Positions 59,435 to 64,000 of a stretch of 64,000 nucleotides of DNA are shown piece by piece (the stretch's first letter is position 1; each line of letters opens with the position of its first letter). This DNA is from an uncultured Gammaproteobacteria bacterium (GTDB taxonomy: Bacteria > Patescibacteriota > Microgenomatia > CAYXHB01 > CAZYTL01), in NCBI GenBank assembly GCA_964650355.1, contig CAZYTL010000005.1, positions 23,209 through 87,208 of the forward strand. The letters run 5' to 3'. A program made the position numbers and the translations under genes. Below the pieces are notes generated by a model. It did no database searches, was not told the origin of the DNA, and was given only the letters and a program-made list of their open reading frames with translations.

Positions 59435-60445
59435 ATGAAAATTTTAGTAACCGGCGGCGCTGGCTTCATCGGCTCCAACTTCATCCACTACTGGCTAGAA
59501 ACTCATCCCCGCGATAAAATCATCAACCTCGACAAACTCACCTACGCCGGCAACCTGGAAAACCTCAAAGACATCGAACACCACCCCAACTATAAATTCA
59601 TCAAAGGAGACATCCTCGACAAAAAACTAGTTAAAAAGCTCATGCCGGACATCGACATCGTGGTTCATTTTGCTGCCGAATCCCACGTAGATCGTTCGCT
59701 ATTTGCCGCTGAAGACTTCATCACCAGCAACGTCATTGGTACTCAAATCCTTTGCGAAGCCGCGGCCCAACATCATATTAAACGATTCCACTACATCGGC
59801 ACAGATGAAGTATTCGGTGCTCTTCCCTTAAATACTAAATCTAAATTCAAAGAAACTGACCAATTCGACCCCCGCAACCAATATGCAGCCAGCAAAGCCG
59901 GCGCAGAATACATCGTCCGCGCTTATTACCACACTCACCAGCTACCCATTACCATTACCAACTGCACTAACAATTTTGGTCCTTATCAACACCCCGAAAA
60001 ACTCATTCCTTTGTTCATCACCAACCTGTTAGAAAATAAACAGGTTCCCATGTACGGCGATGGACTCTATGTCCGGGATTGGCTTTATGTTAAAGACCAT
60101 TGTCGCGCTATAGATTTAGTCCTCAAAAAAGGCAAAGTAGGCGAATCCTATCTTGTCGGAGCGCAACACCAAGAAGTCAACAACCTTCAACTCACTAAAA
60201 AAATCCTCACCATTCTTAACAAAGATGAAAAGTACATCAAGCACGTCAAAGATCGCCCCGCTCATGACCGTCGTTACGCCGTAGATTGGAGCAAAATCGC
60301 CCAACTGGGATGGAAACCGGAACATGATCTTGATACCTGGCTGGAGTACACTGTTAAATGGTACACAGAAAATGAACAATGGTGGCGCCGGGTCAAAAGC
60401 GGAGAATATCAAAAATACTACCAAAAAGTCTACCAAAACAGATAA
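59435..60445 (+). CDS. rfbB: dTDP-glucose 4,6-dehydratase
   Basis: VTGGAGFIGSNF, DKLTYAGN, HFAAESHVDRS, TDEVFG, YAASKA, DRPAHDRRYA. Confidence 0.96.
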   Translation: MKILVTGGAGFIGSNFIHYWLETHPRDKIINLDKLTYAGNLENLKDIEHHPNYKFIKGDILDKKLVKKLMPDIDIVVHFAAESHVDRSLFAAEDFITSNVIGTQILCEAAAQHHIKRFHYIGTDEVFGALPLNTKSKFKETDQFDPRNQYAASKAGAEYIVRAYYHTHQLPITITNCTNNFGPYQHPEKLIPLFITNLLENKQVPMYGDGLYVRDWLYVKDHCRAIDLVLKKGKVGESYLVGAQHQEVNNLQLTKKILTILNKDEKYIKHVKDRPAHDRRYAVDWSKIAQLGWKPEHDLDTWLEYTVKWYTENEQWWRRVKSGEYQKYYQKVYQNR

Positions 60446-60447
60446 GT

Positions 60448-60981
60448 ATGAATATAAATGTCCAAGAACTGTCCATTGCCAAACTTCAACAAACTAAATT
60501 TCAAATCAAGGAAAAACTTAATTCTCCCACTATTAAAAACGTCTACTTTAAATCACTAAAGCGCCATGTTGACCCTCGCGGAGACATCACTGAACTTTGG
60601 AGCCAACCCTGGTCAGAAAAGGAACCCGTGGAAAAAACAGTCAGGCATGTCTACTTCAACACCACACACCAAGGCGTCGTTAAAGCTTGGCACATCCACC
60701 AACACACCACTTCTCAATACACTTGTATCTCAGGCAAAATGCAGGTAGTTCTCATTGACCTTAGAGAAAAATCGCCCACCCAAGGTCACGTCAACCAATT
60801 CCTCATCGGTACTTACGCCCCATCTTTCATCAAAATCCCTCCCGGAGTATTAAAAGGTTGGAAATCAATTCAAGGTGACTCTGTCATCATCAATCTTCTC
60901 ACCAGCGCAGATTTAAAAGACAACTCCCGCTACCCCTGGGACTGCATCCTCCCTGACATCTGGCTTCCCAAAAACGGCTAA
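60448..60981 (+). CDS. rfbC: dTDP-4-dehydrorhamnose 3,5-epimerase family (cupin)
   Basis: DPRGDITE, GVVKAWHIH, VVLIDLREKSPT, IPPGV. ATG at 60448 just after the rfbB stop preferred over 60379. Confidence 0.85.
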   Translation: MNINVQELSIAKLQQTKFQIKEKLNSPTIKNVYFKSLKRHVDPRGDITELWSQPWSEKEPVEKTVRHVYFNTTHQGVVKAWHIHQHTTSQYTCISGKMQVVLIDLREKSPTQGHVNQFLIGTYAPSFIKIPPGVLKGWKSIQGDSVIINLLTSADLKDNSRYPWDCILPDIWLPKNG

Positions 60982-60987
60982 TATATC

Positions 60988-61494
60988 ATGTTGACTCCCT
61001 CAGAAATCCATACAGTTCAAAAATTACTCGGTAAACTTAAACCCGGCTTTTTGCCTGCCCCCATCTTCTATGAAATTATCCGTTTAGTTACCAATCCTAC
61101 CATGATGATTGTCCCCATTTACCAAAACGCCAATCATGAAATCTTCATCTGGTTGCACCAACGTGAAGATAATGATCCCTACTACCCTGGAATGCTCAAC
61201 CCACCCGGAAACGTCATCAGGTCAACAGACGCCTCTTTAGAAGCAGTCTTCAAGCGCATCTGGACCCAGGAAATGTATAAAACCAAAATCATTAAAGGAC
61301 CAATTTTTGTTCACAATGATTTCACCCAAACCAATCGCGGGAAAGAACTCACTCTCTTGTATTGGATCACCATCAACAACCAAGTATCCAAAGGCAAACT
61401 ATATCCTTTTAAACATCTTCCCAGTAACATCATCGAGAGTGATCGCCATCGCTTTCAGGATGCTGTTAATCATTTCCTTAAACACGAAAAGTAA
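60988..61494 (+). CDS. Nudix-fold-like hypothetical protein
   Basis: IWLHQREDNDPYYPGMLNPPGNVIRSTDASLEAVFKRIWTQEM resembles a degenerate Nudix box. Confidence 0.55.
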   Translation: MLTPSEIHTVQKLLGKLKPGFLPAPIFYEIIRLVTNPTMMIVPIYQNANHEIFIWLHQREDNDPYYPGMLNPPGNVIRSTDASLEAVFKRIWTQEMYKTKIIKGPIFVHNDFTQTNRGKELTLLYWITINNQVSKGKLYPFKHLPSNIIESDRHRFQDAVNHFLKHEK

Positions 61495-61550
61495 TTTCTT
61501 CCCCACATCTCAAGTGTAGTAATTCGCTAATTAATTCTCATACCTAATAC

Positions 61551-62531
61551 ATGATACCTAATACCAAAATCCTCATCACCGGCGCCAATGGCTTAGTTGC
61601 TTCCCGAGTCATCCAACTCCTTCCTTCCGATTATCAGCTTCTTACTCCTGATCTCAACCGCTTTAATTTATTAAACAAATCCCAAATCACCCAATTCATA
61701 AAACAGAACCGTCCAGACATCACCATCCACTTCGCCGCTTACACCAACGTCTCCGAAGCCGAAAACCAGGCCGGAAATAAACAAGACGACTGTTGGCAAA
61801 TTAACGTCGAAGGCACCCGCAACCTCATCTCTGCTCTAAAAGCTAACAGCTATCAGCCATCAGCTAACTTAATCCACATCTCCACCGACATGGTTTTTCC
61901 CGGGGCAGAAGATAATCCCGGCCCCTACACCGAAACCCACCCTCTACCTATCAAGTCTCCTATAAATAAAAATTCTAACAGCTATCAGCTAAAAGCTAAT
62001 AGCTATCGCTTGTCCTGGTACGGTTGGTGCAAACTCCAAGCCGAACTCCTGGCCCGTCAAGCCGGAACCACCATCGTCCGCCTCATCTATCCCGTCTGCG
62101 TCCACCCCGTCAGACCGGATTACCTTCACAAACTCTATAATCAAAGCCAAAAGTATCCTCTCTTCGACGACCAACAAATCTCCATCACCTACATCGACCA
62201 ACTCGCCGACGCACTTATAAAAATCATTGATCTAAAAGCTAGCAGCCAAAAGCTATCAGCTAATACCTTCCACATCTCCACCCCTGACACCACCACTCCT
62301 TACCAACTCCTCAAATACACCCTTGAAAAACTCCGCCAGGACACTTCACATCTCAAATCCTCATCTCTCAAAGACTACCTAAAAACCCAACCCAATCCCT
62401 ACCGCTATCCCCTCAAAGGTGGCCTCAATTCTGACCAAACATCCCAAACTCTCAAAATCAAATTCTTCTCCTGGCAGCAAGTCGTCAACCATCTCATCTC
62501 TCAAGGTCTCAACTTTCCTACTCAATCATAA
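61551..62531 (+). CDS. rfbD: dTDP-4-dehydrorhamnose reductase family SDR
   Basis: ILITGANGLVA, IHFAAYTNVSEAE, INVEGTRN, HISTDMVF, YGWCK. Confidence 0.85.
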   Translation: MIPNTKILITGANGLVASRVIQLLPSDYQLLTPDLNRFNLLNKSQITQFIKQNRPDITIHFAAYTNVSEAENQAGNKQDDCWQINVEGTRNLISALKANSYQPSANLIHISTDMVFPGAEDNPGPYTETHPLPIKSPINKNSNSYQLKANSYRLSWYGWCKLQAELLARQAGTTIVRLIYPVCVHPVRPDYLHKLYNQSQKYPLFDDQQISITYIDQLADALIKIIDLKASSQKLSANTFHISTPDTTTPYQLLKYTLEKLRQDTSHLKSSSLKDYLKTQPNPYRYPLKGGLNSDQTSQTLKIKFFSWQQVVNHLISQGLNFPTQS

Positions 62532-62565
62532 CCTTCAACCGTTTCTTATCAACTCAATCCTGATT

Positions 62566-64000
62566 CTACTGTGGAACTTCACAAAACTGGCCGTACACAA
62601 ACTCAGTTGACATATTTATATCATCAGGCATATCAAAAGTATGTCTGCTCTTCTCAATCAACACAATCGTCATATACACTGCCTCACCTGGCTGTGCGCA
62701 ATAAGGTTTATTTAAAACATTCTCCTGCATATAAGCCAGACAACTATTAATCGAAGCCGTTGCCTCGGGATCATCGGTCCAGGTTCCTTGAATCATTCGC
62801 GCATCCTCCTCAGAACTCGTTCTAAAATAAGAAGCGCAGACCATTGGCCTGAACAACCAGTCAGCCACATCTAACATATTCACCTTCTCGTCTCTGACTA
62901 AGTCAAAAGAATCCACTTTCTGCCCGTAATTAGATAGCATTAACTTAGCATTCGGTTTTACTCCAAACACATAGTCTTCTACCTCACCCCCATAATCAAC
63001 TCCTGCGGGCTCTCCCGGTCCGGCTAAAGTGCTTTGACTATCGACTCTGGCTCTGAAGAAAAACGGACCGCTCAACCCTACCGCATTTCCGGTCGCAAAC
63101 CCGAACACCCTGCTTCCGATACAGTTATTCTCCGGTTTAATGTTAATCACTCCTGTATCCCAAAAAACAATATTTCCATATCCCCAATTAATCCACGAAC
63201 TTACTACAGCATCAATTGGCTCTACACAGCCGGGCATTGATACTGTCTTTCTCATTAAATATGACTTCCCTGGCTCTATTAACACCCCGTCTAATGACCG
63301 CCAATTTTCAATCCCGTCATCGGGGTTCAAATCGATCTCAACCCCGTCGTCTCCATCGTCAAACACGTTAGTTGCCGTTTCAAAATCCCTTTCTGACCCT
63401 AACCGAACATCGTGGTCCGGATAAGGATAGTCAGCCGCTAGATAATGATACGCCTCCCCCATCACCTCACTCACCTGTTGATCTCCGTAATCTATTTGGC
63501 GTTCATATTTATCCACCACATAATCCTCAACTTCACCCCCCACATCAAAGTGACGATCAGCCGGACCTGGAATCCCGGTTCCGATCCTGGCCGAAGCTCT
63601 AAACCTGAATAACATTGGTCCGTTTTCCCCGGCATTTTCCGGCACATTAATATCCAAATAATCCCAACCCTGACATGAATTCCAATCTCCCACTTCTATC
63701 CGTTTATAATCTTCAGTCAACAGCTGCGCACCTTGTCCGTTACTCCAATCAACCCAGGCAAGATATGAAGAATATGGATCAACCCACTCCTTACAACCGG
63801 GAATAGTCACTTTCACTCTTAATCGATAACTTTCTCCGGGTACCAATTTTGCAGTATTCAAGGGAGCATAATAATCCCGGGGTATATTTATCCTTATTCC
63901 CACCCCATCATTGTCAGCTACCTTAGTACCCTCAGAATTCAAACTCTGGTTATCATCCGGTATGTTTGTCCCTTTCTCATAATCCCGTTTAGAACCTAAA
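62566..64000 (-). CDS. GEVED-repeat surface protein with dockerin-like motif (5' end outside the window)
   Basis: Two GGEVEDYV repeats and FDLVRDEKVNMLDVADWL. The frame stays open to the window edge (LGSKRDYEKGTNIPDDNQSL precedes the listed ORF). Confidence 0.8.
   Translation of the reverse strand, partial: LGSKRDYEKGTNIPDDNQSLNSEGTKVADNDGVGIRINIPRDYYAPLNTAKLVPGESYRLRVKVTIPGCKEWVDPYSSYLAWVDWSNGQGAQLLTEDYKRIEVGDWNSCQGWDYLDINVPENAGENGPMLFRFRASARIGTGIPGPADRHFDVGGEVEDYVVDKYERQIDYGDQQVSEVMGEAYHYLAADYPYPDHDVRLGSERDFETATNVFDDGDDGVEIDLNPDDGIENWRSLDGVLIEPGKSYLMRKTVSMPGCVEPIDAVVSSWINWGYGNIVFWDTGVINIKPENNCIGSRVFGFATGNAVGLSGPFFFRARVDSQSTLAGPGEPAGVDYGGEVEDYVFGVKPNAKLMLSNYGQKVDSFDLVRDEKVNMLDVADWLFRPMVCASYFRTSSEEDARMIQGTWTDDPEATASINSCLAYMQENVLNKPYCAQPGEAVYMTIVLIEKSRHTFDMPDDINMSTEFVYGQFCEVPQ

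Noticed and set aside
60379-60447. Longer N-terminus for rfbC from the ORF track
   Set aside because: It overlaps rfbB by 67 nt. The ATG at 60448 directly after the rfbB stop is more plausible.

Overview
The window looks like chromosomal DNA from a Patescibacteria/CPR (Microgenomates-like) bacterium. This is an inference from the extreme strand skew (+ strand C-rich and G-poor), CPR-type pilin fusions, leaderless-type promoters and small palindromic inserts. Positions 1-43.7 kb hold a tandem array of about 20 secreted modular glycan-active proteins: beta-helix/pectate-lyase-like, jelly-roll lyase-like, GH26 and heparinase-like cores combined with shuffled CBM9-like, F5/8, LamG and golvesin-like modules. 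Every complete member carries the same truncated dockerin-like tag (L..W L..GD.NGDGKVNS.DW). Seventeen members start exactly 6 nt after an extended -10-like box (TG[G/A]TAGAGT). The array includes two pseudogenes and is interrupted by an AT-rich, opposite-strand four-gene wHTH/HEPN-like island, a candidate defence system. Positions 43.8-62.5 kb hold truB, gap, a glycogen/starch cluster (glgA, galT-like, GH13, GT4, GH57), two tandem pilin-fusion cassettes, an isolated small secreted-protein gene with a structured leader, and rfbA-(four-helix bundle)-rfbB-rfbC-rfbD. A partial GEVED-repeat gene ends the window. All domain calls come from motif recognition by eye, not from database searches.
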